IMG/VR virus record: IMGVR_UViG_3300032007_004036
Strand: one strand, 5' to 3'
DNA: 64,000 bases
From: an uncultured virus (IMG/VR IMGVR_UViG_3300032007_004036)
Taxonomy: Duplodnaviria; Heunggongvirae; Uroviricota; Caudoviricetes
Position numbers and translations under genes: made by a program. The notes under the pieces were generated by a model, which made no database searches, was not told the DNA's origin, and was given only the letters and a program-made list of their open reading frames with translations. Below are positions 45,980 to 55,793 of the stretch, piece after piece. The stretch's first letter is position 1; every line of letters starts with the position of its first letter.

Positions 45980-46582
45980 ATGGATAATAAGGATTTTGAT
46001 ATGATGAACCGTAAGCTCATTGACAATTATATTTTCCGTCAGAAAAATACTCAGATGCTCGATGATGACAGCTATCCCAACGGCAAGAAGTACCGCATAT
46101 CACATTGGGATCAAAAGTTTGTTGGCAGAAACTTGTATACGCCTTTTCACAGGGATGATGTTATGAAGTATTCAAAAAATGATCTCAGAATGACAAAAGT
46201 AGGAAAGTTCACTCTCATCAATTTCACCCTCATTGATTTGAAGTTTGAGCGCATGATAGCCGAGCATTGCTCCATAATGAATGGCACTTTCAAAAATGTC
46301 GAGTTCTTCCGTTTCTGCATTAAAGGCAAGCCTCTTAGTGAAAGTTACGAAGCATTAAAGAACATGCCATTTAAGAATAATGAGTACCACGAATACCGTA
46401 ATATCGTCATGAACTGTAAGTTCGTAGACTGCACGTTCATGAACTCATACTCAGAGCATACCGACTGGATAAACTGCAAGTTCATCAACTGCACCTTCAT
46501 CAACAGCAATCTCTGCTGCGAGGGCTCTCAGCAGCAGAACTGCAAGTTCACGGACTGCAATACTATGTATTTAAAGGCGTGA
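45980..46582 (+). CDS. Pentapeptide-repeat protein
   Basis: NCKFV DCTFM...NCKFI NCTFI...NCKFT. Confidence 0.8.
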   Translation: MDNKDFDMMNRKLIDNYIFRQKNTQMLDDDSYPNGKKYRISHWDQKFVGRNLYTPFHRDDVMKYSKNDLRMTKVGKFTLINFTLIDLKFERMIAEHCSIMNGTFKNVEFFRFCIKGKPLSESYEALKNMPFKNNEYHEYRNIVMNCKFVDCTFMNSYSEHTDWINCKFINCTFINSNLCCEGSQQQNCKFTDCNTMYLKA

Positions 46583-46586
46583 GGAC

Positions 46587-46720
46587 TTGACAAATGCGGA
46601 AGTGAGTGATATAATAAATGCAGATAATATTTGAAAGGCAGGGCAGCTGTGGATCAAGAAAATATGGCATCGCTTTTAAGGGGCGTGCTGTGTCTTCTTG
46701 GTTCCGGCAGCTCTTTTCTT
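46587..46720 (+). promoter_or_regulatory. Promoter plus long G-U-rich hairpin and T-run
   Basis: TTGACA-N17-TATAAT with TG; hairpin ~46640-46717. Confidence 0.7.
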
Positions 46721-46848
46721 GTTCTCAGTGCTTTTCCACTCAGGCTCTCTGCGGCAAGGCGTTGCTGTTTTCACAGGCATCGAAAACTTAGGAACCAGTT
46801 CCGCTTGACCGCCCCCTCAGCAGTATAGAGGGAGAATGGAGTATTATT

Positions 46849-47376
46849 ATGGGAAGAGACTTGATAAAGCAGACCGTGAGATTTACCGACCGCTATGTTG
46901 GTTTAGGTACAATAACTGCAGATATCCTGATTGACGCAAGATATGGTCGGTTTAAGATTGTATGCGATAACTACGTTTCACCCTTCACACTCGTCGATAT
47001 TGTTGCAGGAAATAAGCAGATTCGCAAATTGAAACCTGTAGAATGTCAAAAAATATACATGATTGCCGACTACGAATCGGAAGATTACTACGTAGAAGGC
47101 AAATCATATTATGAGCGATGTTTCGATGTCTTTGAAAGAGAATATATTCTGAAGACGAAGCATTTATCGAATTATAGAATTAAGGAGACTGGGTGGCTTT
47201 CTGCGGAAGAGCTCGAAAAGCTTTCCGATTATATCTGGCGCAGGCATTATGAAGATTCCGATAGTGAACATGATAATGATAAAACGCAAAACCACAGCAA
47301 AGTTCACTATAAACGTGTCAGAAGTCAGCTAAAAAAATACTGCGACTTTCTTTATGTAGAAACACACGTAATATGA
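46849..47376 (+). CDS. Hypothetical protein
   Basis: GGAG RBS, 175 aa, terminator at 47396-47421. Confidence 0.75.
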   Translation: MGRDLIKQTVRFTDRYVGLGTITADILIDARYGRFKIVCDNYVSPFTLVDIVAGNKQIRKLKPVECQKIYMIADYESEDYYVEGKSYYERCFDVFEREYILKTKHLSNYRIKETGWLSAEELEKLSDYIWRRHYEDSDSEHDNDKTQNHSKVHYKRVRSQLKKYCDFLYVETHVI

Positions 47377-47454
47377 TACTATAATAATCATAAAGAACGG
47401 CTTCCTTTACGGGAAGCCGTTGCTGTTATAATTGCTTTTATTTTCACATGTATA

Positions 47455-47570
47455 TGCGAGAGGATACTCCCAGCCACATGAAAGCACAGTTTCTCATAGC
47501 TCTGCTTCATTTCAGAGACAGCTCGTTCGTCCCTGTTCCATAGTAATTCAATGATCGATGCATCGTTCAA
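47455..47570 (-). pseudogene. 5' fragment of an ECF sigma factor gene
   Basis: AAAGGAGG RBS; NDASIIELLWNRDERAVSEMKQSYEKLCFHVAGSILS, then similarity is lost before the DAEE motif. Confidence 0.75.
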
Positions 47571-47938
47571 GGCTCAACCTCCTTTCTGACTATATATACA
47601 ACTTTTTTTCGTTTACATTTCACTTTTTCAAAAATTATTTTTTCTATTATACCACTTTGCAGCAGCATTTACAATTGATATCGACCGCGGTGAAAAACTA
47701 CCGTCCCGAAAATGTAACACCGCTGTCACAGCACAAACCCGAAAAAGCGTTCCCTGCATTACTTATCTTGAAATTTCGGGGCTGCTGCAATGGCATTATA
47801 AGTGAAATTGAACAAAAATTATTTTGGAATATGTCGATTATATTGACTTTTATCCGCAGCATTGCTATAATTTTCCTTGGCGGCTGTAAATGCTCTCCTA
47901 TATCAGGGAAAGCACCCGCCAAAAGGAGGCTTTTTGAA

Positions 47939-50900
47939 ATGTGGAAGAATACTCACAAAAAACTTAGCTCAAGGGCGCTGTCAGCACTTGCTGCTTCTGC
48001 TGTTGCAGGCAGTCAGTTCCTTGCTGCTATGCCGTACAGCGCTGTGGCAGCAGAAGCCGAGATCACCGATGCAGTCAGATACGGCGATGCTAACGGCGAC
48101 GGTGTTATAGACGCTGAGGACGCTGCTGCTATTGAAAAGTACGCAAGAACTTACGATGACGATTCTTTGGATCTTGATGCAGCAGACGTTGATCTTGACA
48201 GTAACGTTACCCTGCGCGATGCTGAGATAATATATCAGTATTTCAGCGGTCAGGACGTAAAACAGCTCCCGTATAACGGCTATGTCAATTGGCAGAAGTA
48301 CCCCGACCCATTGAAATATGAGGTCATAAACGAGGGTATGACTTGGACGGAAGCTGAGGCTTACTGCGAGAACAAGGGCGGTCACCTCGCTGTTATCACC
48401 TCAGAGGAGGAGCAGGCTCAGGTCGAAGCTCTTATTAATCAGCAGTGGGCTCCGTATATCAGAAACAACTACTGGATAGGTCTGAAAAGAGACAGCAATA
48501 ATAATTTCGGCTGGGTAACGGGCGAGAAGCTCTCCTACACGAACTGGTGTTCGGATTCCCCGAACAATTCGGACGGAAGCCAGAATTCAGGCTATCTGTA
48601 CGGTAATTACTATGAGCCCGCCGACAGGCATATCGGAAAATGGGACGACCTGAACGAAAACGGCGTCTGGAAAAATGACGATTTCTTCGGGCTCGACAAC
48701 TACGGCTTTGTCTGCGAATACGGCGGAAATGCAGTCAAGGACTACCCCATCTGGACAGATGAGAACAGCTTCCCGACATCGGGCTGTTACAAGCTCGGCT
48801 GCGATATCAAGTCGGGATATGTGACTGTGGACAAATATCTCGACATCGACCTCAACGGTCATTCAGTTGATGTTGAATGGATAGACTGCGACGGCAGCGT
48901 CACTATCAGGGACACTTCTTCCAAAAAGAATGGTGAGATACATAATTCGGGCGCAGTCCCGATTTTTGACGTTCGCGGCAAGCTTACTGTTTACGGAGGA
49001 AACATAAACGGTAATGCAGAAAACAATAATGACGCTGTAATAAATGTAATAGGTTCGGGCTGCTTTGAAATGTACGGCGGAACTGTCACATCATACGGCA
49101 GCCCTGCGCTCTCACTCGCTGAAAGCAGCGGAACAGCGCTCCTTGCAGGCGGTACTCTCAAAAACACCGATAGCGGCACAGAAACTTCTGTTGAAGACAG
49201 CGCGGCTGTATATGCCGATGAATCGTATTCGGGAACTCTCAATATCACAGGTTCGCAGATATCCTCCGAGACAGGTGCGGGCATCTTCTCCAAAGCCGAT
49301 AAAGGCTGTATCAATATCAGCGGCGGTAAGATAACAAGCGATGAAAGCTACGGTATCTGCTGCACAGCGGGCATACCGATAAACTTTGAAAAGAAGGTGT
49401 ATATCGTCGGAAAGAACGGCGGCATCTACCTTCCCAAGGGCAAAAAGATAAACCTCACAGGCAAGATAAGCAGCATAAACACAAGCGTCTATGCTGAGGA
49501 TTCGGGCGTTATCACCGAGGGCTTCAAAGAACTCGGATACGGAAGCTCTGTCGTGCCGTATCTCAGCAGCGCAGGCGTCAACGGTACTATCTCGCTTGAC
49601 GAGAGCGGAGAGCTCCGCATAGACATTGACGAGGACGTTCCTGCCGAAACAACAACTTCTGCAACAACCACTACAACTACTTCAACATCAACCTCATCAA
49701 CTACCACTACTACTTCTACAACTACCACGACCTCTGCAACAACAACTTCAACTACAACGTCAACAACCACAACTTCTACAACTACTACAGCAGAAACTAC
49801 CGCCGCAGCTACTACAACAAATACCGACCCTGTGCCTCCCGCTCCTCATAAGCTCGATATCGACGGCGAGATGACCGTAAAGGAAATGGACCTCGATGAG
49901 ATAATCGCGGCAGGCATCGACCTCGGCGACGAGGAAAACTACCACGTCTTTAAATATGAGCTGAAAATGACTTTTGATGCTCAGCCCGTCGTCATCACAA
50001 AATACGAGGTCGAGAGCGGTTCGTCGGGAAGTTCGGGCTCCGTCAGCGGAAGATACTGTTACGGCTCTCCGATAATTACTGTTGGCGGTATGCCTGTAAG
50101 GGTCATCGGCTATCAGGAAACAGCTCACGAAGAGATGTACATGGTCATCAAGGGCGAGTGCAAATGGCTCAAGGAATTCTACGACGTACAGCTTATCGTG
50201 ATAAACAAGGACGGTTCGGGCGAAAGCCTCACCGACTGCACTGCAACTCTGAACTCTCCCGAGGGTCTTACCCTTATGAACTGCGACAGAGTTCAGCACT
50301 TCGATAAGCTTGAAGCAGGCAGCCCTTATATGATACACTGGTATCTGCGCGGCGATGAAGCAGGAGACTATGACCTCACAGCTCAGCTCAAAGGAAATAG
50401 CGGCGGCGAGGAGTACACCTACGATTTCAAGTCGAAGAACACTCTCCACGTCTACGCAGGAAATGCTCTCAAAATGAAGATAACCCTTCCGAGATATTCC
50501 TTCTACGATGAGGATTACCCCGTAAAAATAAGCTTCACCAACGTTTCCGACAAGCCCATTTACAACATCGAGCATACTATTTTCGGCTTCACTCAGGATT
50601 CAAAGCTGACGATCAACAGATACAAAGACGGTAAGCTTGTAAGCACGGAGGAAAACTACGAAAACCTTCAGGACGTTACACTCAACAAGAGCTGTTTTGT
50701 TGAAGAGCTTGACCCCGGCGATACGCTCGTTGCCGAGGTGACTATCCACGATATCTGGAATTCTATCCTCGAAAAGAACATCAACGAAATGAAGAAAGCA
50801 GCTGACATGATAACACTTATGAGCTGCGCTTCAAGAGATGAATACGGTCTCGCTATCAATCTCTCGTCTACCATCTGCAAGTCCGTTCTTGACAGCATAG

Positions 50901-52375
50901 TTGTCGGACACGTTCTTGAATGTGTGGACGTTGCGACCCTCGAAGACTCTACGACAAAGATACCATACGAAGTCGAAGTGACCGATATATCCCCCGAACT
51001 TGCGGAAAAATATCAGTTCAAGCTTCTCCAGAACCTTGAAAGAGACCTGACAGGCTGGGTGCTCGACAAAGCAGGTGCGCCTGATGCCGCACAGTATATC
51101 TACAACTACGGCGTGTTCTATGAGGGCGTAAGCGATGCTGAGACTATAAAGGATCTGCAAGACCCATGCGTTCAGTACGGATTATCTGTACTGCCCGACA
51201 ACGGAGCATCTTCACTGCTCTACACTTTGAATGAGGAATACTACTGGAGAGTAAATCAGCCCGAGGGCGGCGGAGATGTCGTGTTCTATGTTGAAAAAGC
51301 CTCCTACCCCGTACAGGCTCTTTCTTCGGCAAACATCGGAAGTCGTATCAGCAGGGCTGCTGTGCCGTTTGCAGGAAATGTCATGGCTCAGGGCACTGTA
51401 TCGGGTGAGGACTTCGATATCGAAGTCGTAAGCGGAGACTACACCGTCGGCGAAGACGGAAAGATCACTCTCAAAAGCAATGCTGTCGTTAAGGTCACTC
51501 CAAAAAAGGCAGGCGTAAAGGCTGTTGTCTGCGCTGCTGCGGAAAACGGCGAGGAAATGCGCGTTCCCGTTGAGACAGTTGACGAGCATGAGTGCAAGGG
51601 AGATTTCTTTATCCTCAGTATACCGAATGAGGAAAACGGCGCTGTAAGGGCTTCTTTCTGCGATACCTGCAACGAGCTCCTCGACTGCAAACAGCTTTCC
51701 AAGAACGTTGTTGCTATGTTCAGCAACGGCGAGTGCTACGACGATATCAGAGGCGCTGCTGCTGACGCTGAAAAATACGGCGAGGGTCTTAAACTCTACA
51801 TCTTCGGTGATGTTAACGTCGCTGATGACGTAACTATCCCCGATGACCTCACGCTTGTTATCACTCCCTATACAAATATCATCGTAAAAGACGGCTGCAA
51901 GCTCGTCGCTAAGGGCAAGGTCGAGGACTACAGCGGCAGAAATTATGACCTCAGCGGAAACGGCCCTGTTGACCCTGCGGCAACTACGACAACGACTGCC
52001 ACAACTACTACCACCACAACTACTACCACAACTTCCACAACTGAAAGCACCACAACTTCTTCTTCCGAGACAACAACTTCTACAGCTTCTACGACTGCTA
52101 CGACTTCAACATCAACGCCCGAGAAGTACAAGTTCGGCGACTCGAACGGTGACGGCAAAATAGACTCCAGTGACGCATCGTTCGTTCTCGGAGTATACGC
52201 AATTCTTGCAACAGGCGGCAAGTCAGGTCTTACAGAGGAACAGATCAAGGCTGCCGACGTCAATAAAGACGGCAAGCTTGATGCGAAGGACGCTTCTGCT
52301 ATTCTTTCGTACTACAGCTATACCTCTACCGGTGGCAAGGAAGACCTTGAGACCTTCCTAAAACAGAAAAACTGA
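47939..52375 (+). CDS. Large secreted protein: signal peptide, dockerin, C-type lectin domain, beta-solenoid region, Thr linkers, second C-terminal dockerin
   Basis: YGDANGDGVID...AADVDLD; TWTEAEAYC...WIGL...WDD...FVCEY; FGDSNGDGKID...AADVNKDG; RBS and promoter TTGACT-N17-TATAAT support ATG 47939. Confidence 0.9.
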   Translation: MWKNTHKKLSSRALSALAASAVAGSQFLAAMPYSAVAAEAEITDAVRYGDANGDGVIDAEDAAAIEKYARTYDDDSLDLDAADVDLDSNVTLRDAEIIYQYFSGQDVKQLPYNGYVNWQKYPDPLKYEVINEGMTWTEAEAYCENKGGHLAVITSEEEQAQVEALINQQWAPYIRNNYWIGLKRDSNNNFGWVTGEKLSYTNWCSDSPNNSDGSQNSGYLYGNYYEPADRHIGKWDDLNENGVWKNDDFFGLDNYGFVCEYGGNAVKDYPIWTDENSFPTSGCYKLGCDIKSGYVTVDKYLDIDLNGHSVDVEWIDCDGSVTIRDTSSKKNGEIHNSGAVPIFDVRGKLTVYGGNINGNAENNNDAVINVIGSGCFEMYGGTVTSYGSPALSLAESSGTALLAGGTLKNTDSGTETSVEDSAAVYADESYSGTLNITGSQISSETGAGIFSKADKGCINISGGKITSDESYGICCTAGIPINFEKKVYIVGKNGGIYLPKGKKINLTGKISSINTSVYAEDSGVITEGFKELGYGSSVVPYLSSAGVNGTISLDESGELRIDIDEDVPAETTTSATTTTTTSTSTSSTTTTTSTTTTTSATTTSTTTSTTTTSTTTTAETTAAATTTNTDPVPPAPHKLDIDGEMTVKEMDLDEIIAAGIDLGDEENYHVFKYELKMTFDAQPVVITKYEVESGSSGSSGSVSGRYCYGSPIITVGGMPVRVIGYQETAHEEMYMVIKGECKWLKEFYDVQLIVINKDGSGESLTDCTATLNSPEGLTLMNCDRVQHFDKLEAGSPYMIHWYLRGDEAGDYDLTAQLKGNSGGEEYTYDFKSKNTLHVYAGNALKMKITLPRYSFYDEDYPVKISFTNVSDKPIYNIEHTIFGFTQDSKLTINRYKDGKLVSTEENYENLQDVTLNKSCFVEELDPGDTLVAEVTIHDIWNSILEKNINEMKKAADMITLMSCASRDEYGLAINLSSTICKSVLDSIVVGHVLECVDVATLEDSTTKIPYEVEVTDISPELAEKYQFKLLQNLERDLTGWVLDKAGAPDAAQYIYNYGVFYEGVSDAETIKDLQDPCVQYGLSVLPDNGASSLLYTLNEEYYWRVNQPEGGGDVVFYVEKASYPVQALSSANIGSRISRAAVPFAGNVMAQGTVSGEDFDIEVVSGDYTVGEDGKITLKSNAVVKVTPKKAGVKAVVCAAAENGEEMRVPVETVDEHECKGDFFILSIPNEENGAVRASFCDTCNELLDCKQLSKNVVAMFSNGECYDDIRGAAADAEKYGEGLKLYIFGDVNVADDVTIPDDLTLVITPYTNIIVKDGCKLVAKGKVEDYSGRNYDLSGNGPVDPAATTTTTATTTTTTTTTTTSTTESTTTSSSETTTSTASTTATTSTSTPEKYKFGDSNGDGKIDSSDASFVLGVYAILATGGKSGLTEEQIKAADVNKDGKLDAKDASAILSYYSYTSTGGKEDLETFLKQKN
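49650..49822 (+). repeat. ACN-codon low-complexity Thr linker (second one at ~51980-52115)
   Basis: Poly-Thr/Ser coding sequence. Confidence 0.85.
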
Positions 52376-52387
52376 TCATACATAAGA

Positions 52388-52412
52388 AATGCCCGACATT
52401 ACGTCGGGCATT
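52388..52412. terminator. Terminator between convergent genes
   Basis: AATGCCCGAC / GTCGGGCATT. Confidence 0.75.
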
Positions 52413-52418
52413 AAATGA

Positions 52419-54014
52419 TTAGCGCTGTATTCCCATTATATCATAAATTGAGTATTGACCATTACGTGTCAATTCGAGCCAATCGCGCTTCATAGATTCT
52501 ACATTGGTGGTCATTGACTTCATGAAGCCTTTCATAGAATTGTTCCCTCTGAGCTTATCCTCGTAGCACTTGGCATTTTGGCATTTATTATCAAAGTCTG
52601 TCAGTAGTCTGTTATAGCCATTAACAAACTTCTCAATAAGATTTGGGTGCATTTGGATACGTTTTATCTTTTCTATATTTTCAACGATATCTCGTCTGAA
52701 GATAAAATCATTACGGGTTTTGTAGAGAATATCCTTATTTTGTTCGATAGCTTTTCGATTTGCCTCTGCATATTCTCTTGAAGTAAAAACGACTCCCATT
52801 ATAGTACGATATTCAATATCATATTTATTGAGCTTATCATCAATTTGTTTATACAGAACAAGTGCGTTATTCTGTGATAATGAATACTCTTTTACAAATT
52901 CTTCTGTTTCTATGCGAAGTTTTTTTGCAGCTTCTTCATTTGTCCCTATATTCTTAGAGATGTAATCTTTGAAAATAGCAACACATCTTTCTTGAATAAA
53001 CTGTTCTGCCTCTTGCTTGCATTTTTCAGGAAAGCCAAGTTCAGCAATAACATCATTCAAAAGCTTTCGGCAGCTTTTTACATCATCAGGTGTAGTACCT
53101 ATATTGGCTATAGCGACTTTTTTTACGATCTCTGACAATTCATCAGTCAGATCAACTCCCATATAGTTGGCTATAGCGATTATTTCTTTGGAATTCTTTA
53201 AGTATTTTTTGATGAATGCGATATAGTATTCAGATTGATATGGGTCGAGTGTCAGAATGTTTAATGATAATTCCTTATTCTTTTCTTCAGTTAATTGCAT
53301 AGTATTGATATTATTGAATATAGCTCTTGCTTTTTGTTTCTCTTCAGTAGTGATGGCGTCATTGATTTTGAATGTATTAATCATTATAATACCAATACTC
53401 TGAGCAGATTCACGAACACCATTAATTATTTTTTGTTTATATTCAGAATTGTTGGAAAACGCTGCTATTTCGTTTGTGAATTGAGAAGAGGCTTTAGAAA
53501 TTGCGGCGGCGGCTGTAGCAGTTCCAGCGCCAATGAGAGCAAGACCTAAAAGACCTCCGCCTATACCACTGGCATTAGTTCGCCAGTCAGTTTTTCGATC
53601 AATATTTGAAATCGTAGCATTTCTTTTCTGAATTATCGAATTATATGCATTAGAGTATTCTCTAATAGCTGAATTAGCTTTATCATAACACTTCTTCTGC
53701 TCACAAATCTTTTTAACAGTGGCTTCATCTAAAGTATAACAGTCGACAGAAACAGCATCTTTGACAATTTCTTTGAAGATATCATCGTAAGAAGCGGCTA
53801 CATCTGACCCAAAATTATTGATTATGCTTTCAACGTTTTGATGTTTGCGTATCTTATCTGCATATTTATTAGAAGCGATAAGTGCAAGTTCATTATATTT
53901 CTTCTTTACCTGAGAATAAACTCGACGCTTAGTAGGAATTATAAGAGTATTTCCAAGGAAGGGAAATTCAATATTATTTTGATTCTCAGAAATTATTTCA
54001 TTTAAGCTTTTCAT
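52419..54014 (-). CDS. Hypothetical helical protein with a central Gly/Ala-rich hydrophobic segment
   Basis: GIGGGLLGLALIGAGTATAAAAI; AAAGGAG RBS. Confidence 0.8.
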   Translation of the reverse strand: MKSLNEIISENQNNIEFPFLGNTLIIPTKRRVYSQVKKKYNELALIASNKYADKIRKHQNVESIINNFGSDVAASYDDIFKEIVKDAVSVDCYTLDEATVKKICEQKKCYDKANSAIREYSNAYNSIIQKRNATISNIDRKTDWRTNASGIGGGLLGLALIGAGTATAAAAISKASSQFTNEIAAFSNNSEYKQKIINGVRESAQSIGIIMINTFKINDAITTEEKQKARAIFNNINTMQLTEEKNKELSLNILTLDPYQSEYYIAFIKKYLKNSKEIIAIANYMGVDLTDELSEIVKKVAIANIGTTPDDVKSCRKLLNDVIAELGFPEKCKQEAEQFIQERCVAIFKDYISKNIGTNEEAAKKLRIETEEFVKEYSLSQNNALVLYKQIDDKLNKYDIEYRTIMGVVFTSREYAEANRKAIEQNKDILYKTRNDFIFRRDIVENIEKIKRIQMHPNLIEKFVNGYNRLLTDFDNKCQNAKCYEDKLRGNNSMKGFMKSMTTNVESMKRDWLELTRNGQYSIYDIMGIQR

Positions 54015-54041
54015 TTTTTCTCCTTTCAGGGTTCAAGACCA

Positions 54042-54143
54042 TTAATCATTAAAAGAGACGAATTGTTTGCTGACGTATCCATAATAATCAATATCGCCTT
54101 TCGCTGCCATTACAAAAACTGACCATTTATCGTTCTTCAAGAT
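54042..54143 (-). pseudogene. Remnant of an SH3b-domain gene 3' end
   Basis: Reads ILKNDKWSVFV...YYGYVSKQFVSFND-stop, resembling the ...YGYVSSKYISISE end of 58526-59614. Confidence 0.5.
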
Positions 54144-54161
54144 GGGATTTAAGTGTTTTTT

Positions 54162-55763
54162 TCAAAGATTTGTTTTCTTAGCACCACAGTTATTACAGAA
54201 ATTACCAATAATATTAGTATTACCGCAGGAACAATCCCATGTAGCAGATGCTTCCGGCTTTTTAGCTCCGCACATATTGCAGAAATTGCCAATGACTCCC
54301 TTGTTGCCGCATGAGCAGTCCCATGTCTGCGGAGGCTCGGGCTTTTTGCTTCCACAGTTATTGCAGAATAATCCCGTAGCATTATTTCCACAGCTGCACT
54401 GCCATGAATTAGATGACGGCTGCGGAGCAGGTGAGCTTTCAGAGAATGTATTGGGCTGAATTCTACCAAACATATTTCCAAACTGTGGTGCAATATTCTG
54501 TGCAGCCGCAAGACCTAATCCCATACCAAGCATATCACCCATTACTCCTCCGCCTGAACCATTAATTGTCATATTACCTATGCCCTCAGCGTATGCTTTT
54601 TGAACTTCAGCCTGCAAAACATCTTTCTGATTATAACCCTTAGCATGCATTATCTCTGCTTCTGTGAGACCATGCAAACGCTGAGCCTGAGCCTCCGCTT
54701 GAGCTTCAATTATTCGGCGTTCAGCTTCACGTTTAGCTATCTCCGTTTCAGTGAGCTGACGCTGTAACTCGGCATCGCGTTTAGCAGCTTCGATTGCCGC
54801 CTTGCTTTTTTCCTGTTCAGTTCGATAAAGAGTCTCTGATTGCGCTTGAGCCACTTTTACATCGGCCTCAGCCTGCAAGACTTTTTGCTGTAATGTAACG
54901 GTATGCAGTTCTCGTATACGTCTAAAATTAGGATCAGCTTCTGGGAGTATAATGCTTGTAACATAAAACTGAGGGATTGTCAGGCCATATTCCTCGAATC
55001 CGGGGAGTATTTTTTCTCTCAGATTTGATGATATCAAGTCAAGCTTTTCGTCTATTTCAAGGAGGTCTATGTTATTCTGTTTGATGACAGATGTCAGATT
55101 CGTCTTGACTGCATTTGATATAAGCGGACGGAATGCGAGCTGAAGTGACTTTGCAAATCCATTTCCAGTATCGTTCCAAGCAATTCCTGTCATCGTTCCT
55201 ACTACATTCAAAAGCAGCTTTTCAGGATCGCTGACAGCAAGGTTCATCTCGCCGCAGGCACCAATTTCAAGCGGCGTTGAAGTCAGTGGATCAATAAAAC
55301 GAACCTTGTCCGGTGTTCCCCATTTAACGCCCATCTGAACGGTTTTATTAATAAAATATACTTCACAGGAGAAAATCGTATCCGAATTGATAGCATGTGC
55401 AATCAACTTTCTCAGCAGTGGGATATTCTGAGTGATTAGAGTATGGCTTCCGGCAGTGAAACGATCGCACATCTGACCGTTTTTGAAAAATACTGCTTCC
55501 TGTGATTCGTGAACAATCAACTGAGAACCAATGTTGAAGTTTTCAAGCGGATGTTTCCAGATAAATGTATTATTGTCGCCTTCATACTTTATGACAGAGA
55601 TAAGTCCCTTATTGCTTTCCTCATACATTGCAACAGCCTTTGCAACGTCAATGACCGAATTACACATAGGACATACATATCTATCCGGAAGCGATGTAAA
55701 TAAACCATCGGCAAGTTTAGTCATTCTGCCGCAGGTCGGGCATTTTATAGTATGTTTGCTCAT
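54162..55763 (-). CDS. SPFH/band-7 protein with N-terminal zinc ribbon and three C-terminal double zinc ribbons
   Basis: GSQLIVHESQEAVFFKNG, coiled coil, three WxCxCG...FCxxCG repeats. Confidence 0.9.
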   Translation of the reverse strand: MSKHTIKCPTCGRMTKLADGLFTSLPDRYVCPMCNSVIDVAKAVAMYEESNKGLISVIKYEGDNNTFIWKHPLENFNIGSQLIVHESQEAVFFKNGQMCDRFTAGSHTLITQNIPLLRKLIAHAINSDTIFSCEVYFINKTVQMGVKWGTPDKVRFIDPLTSTPLEIGACGEMNLAVSDPEKLLLNVVGTMTGIAWNDTGNGFAKSLQLAFRPLISNAVKTNLTSVIKQNNIDLLEIDEKLDLISSNLREKILPGFEEYGLTIPQFYVTSIILPEADPNFRRIRELHTVTLQQKVLQAEADVKVAQAQSETLYRTEQEKSKAAIEAAKRDAELQRQLTETEIAKREAERRIIEAQAEAQAQRLHGLTEAEIMHAKGYNQKDVLQAEVQKAYAEGIGNMTINGSGGGVMGDMLGMGLGLAAAQNIAPQFGNMFGRIQPNTFSESSPAPQPSSNSWQCSCGNNATGLFCNNCGSKKPEPPQTWDCSCGNKGVIGNFCNMCGAKKPEASATWDCSCGNTNIIGNFCNNCGAKKTNL

Positions 55764-55793
55764 TTATTTATCCACCTTTCCAAAGAGGTTTTT

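Larger units (their letters stand above)
35638..47455. mobile_element. Integrated mobilisable element or plasmid-derived island; boundaries approximate
   Basis: Relaxase, MobC, resolvase, DUF960 and a large ATPase; right edge coincides with the truncation of an ECF sigma gene; no att repeats found. Confidence 0.65.

Noticed and set aside
46631..46828. 65-aa ORF in the leader of 46849
   Set aside because: No RBS, and it overlaps the long hairpin; a type I toxin cannot be fully excluded
47558..47938. 127-aa extension of the dockerin protein
   Set aside because: Promoter, RBS and signal peptide all point to ATG 47939
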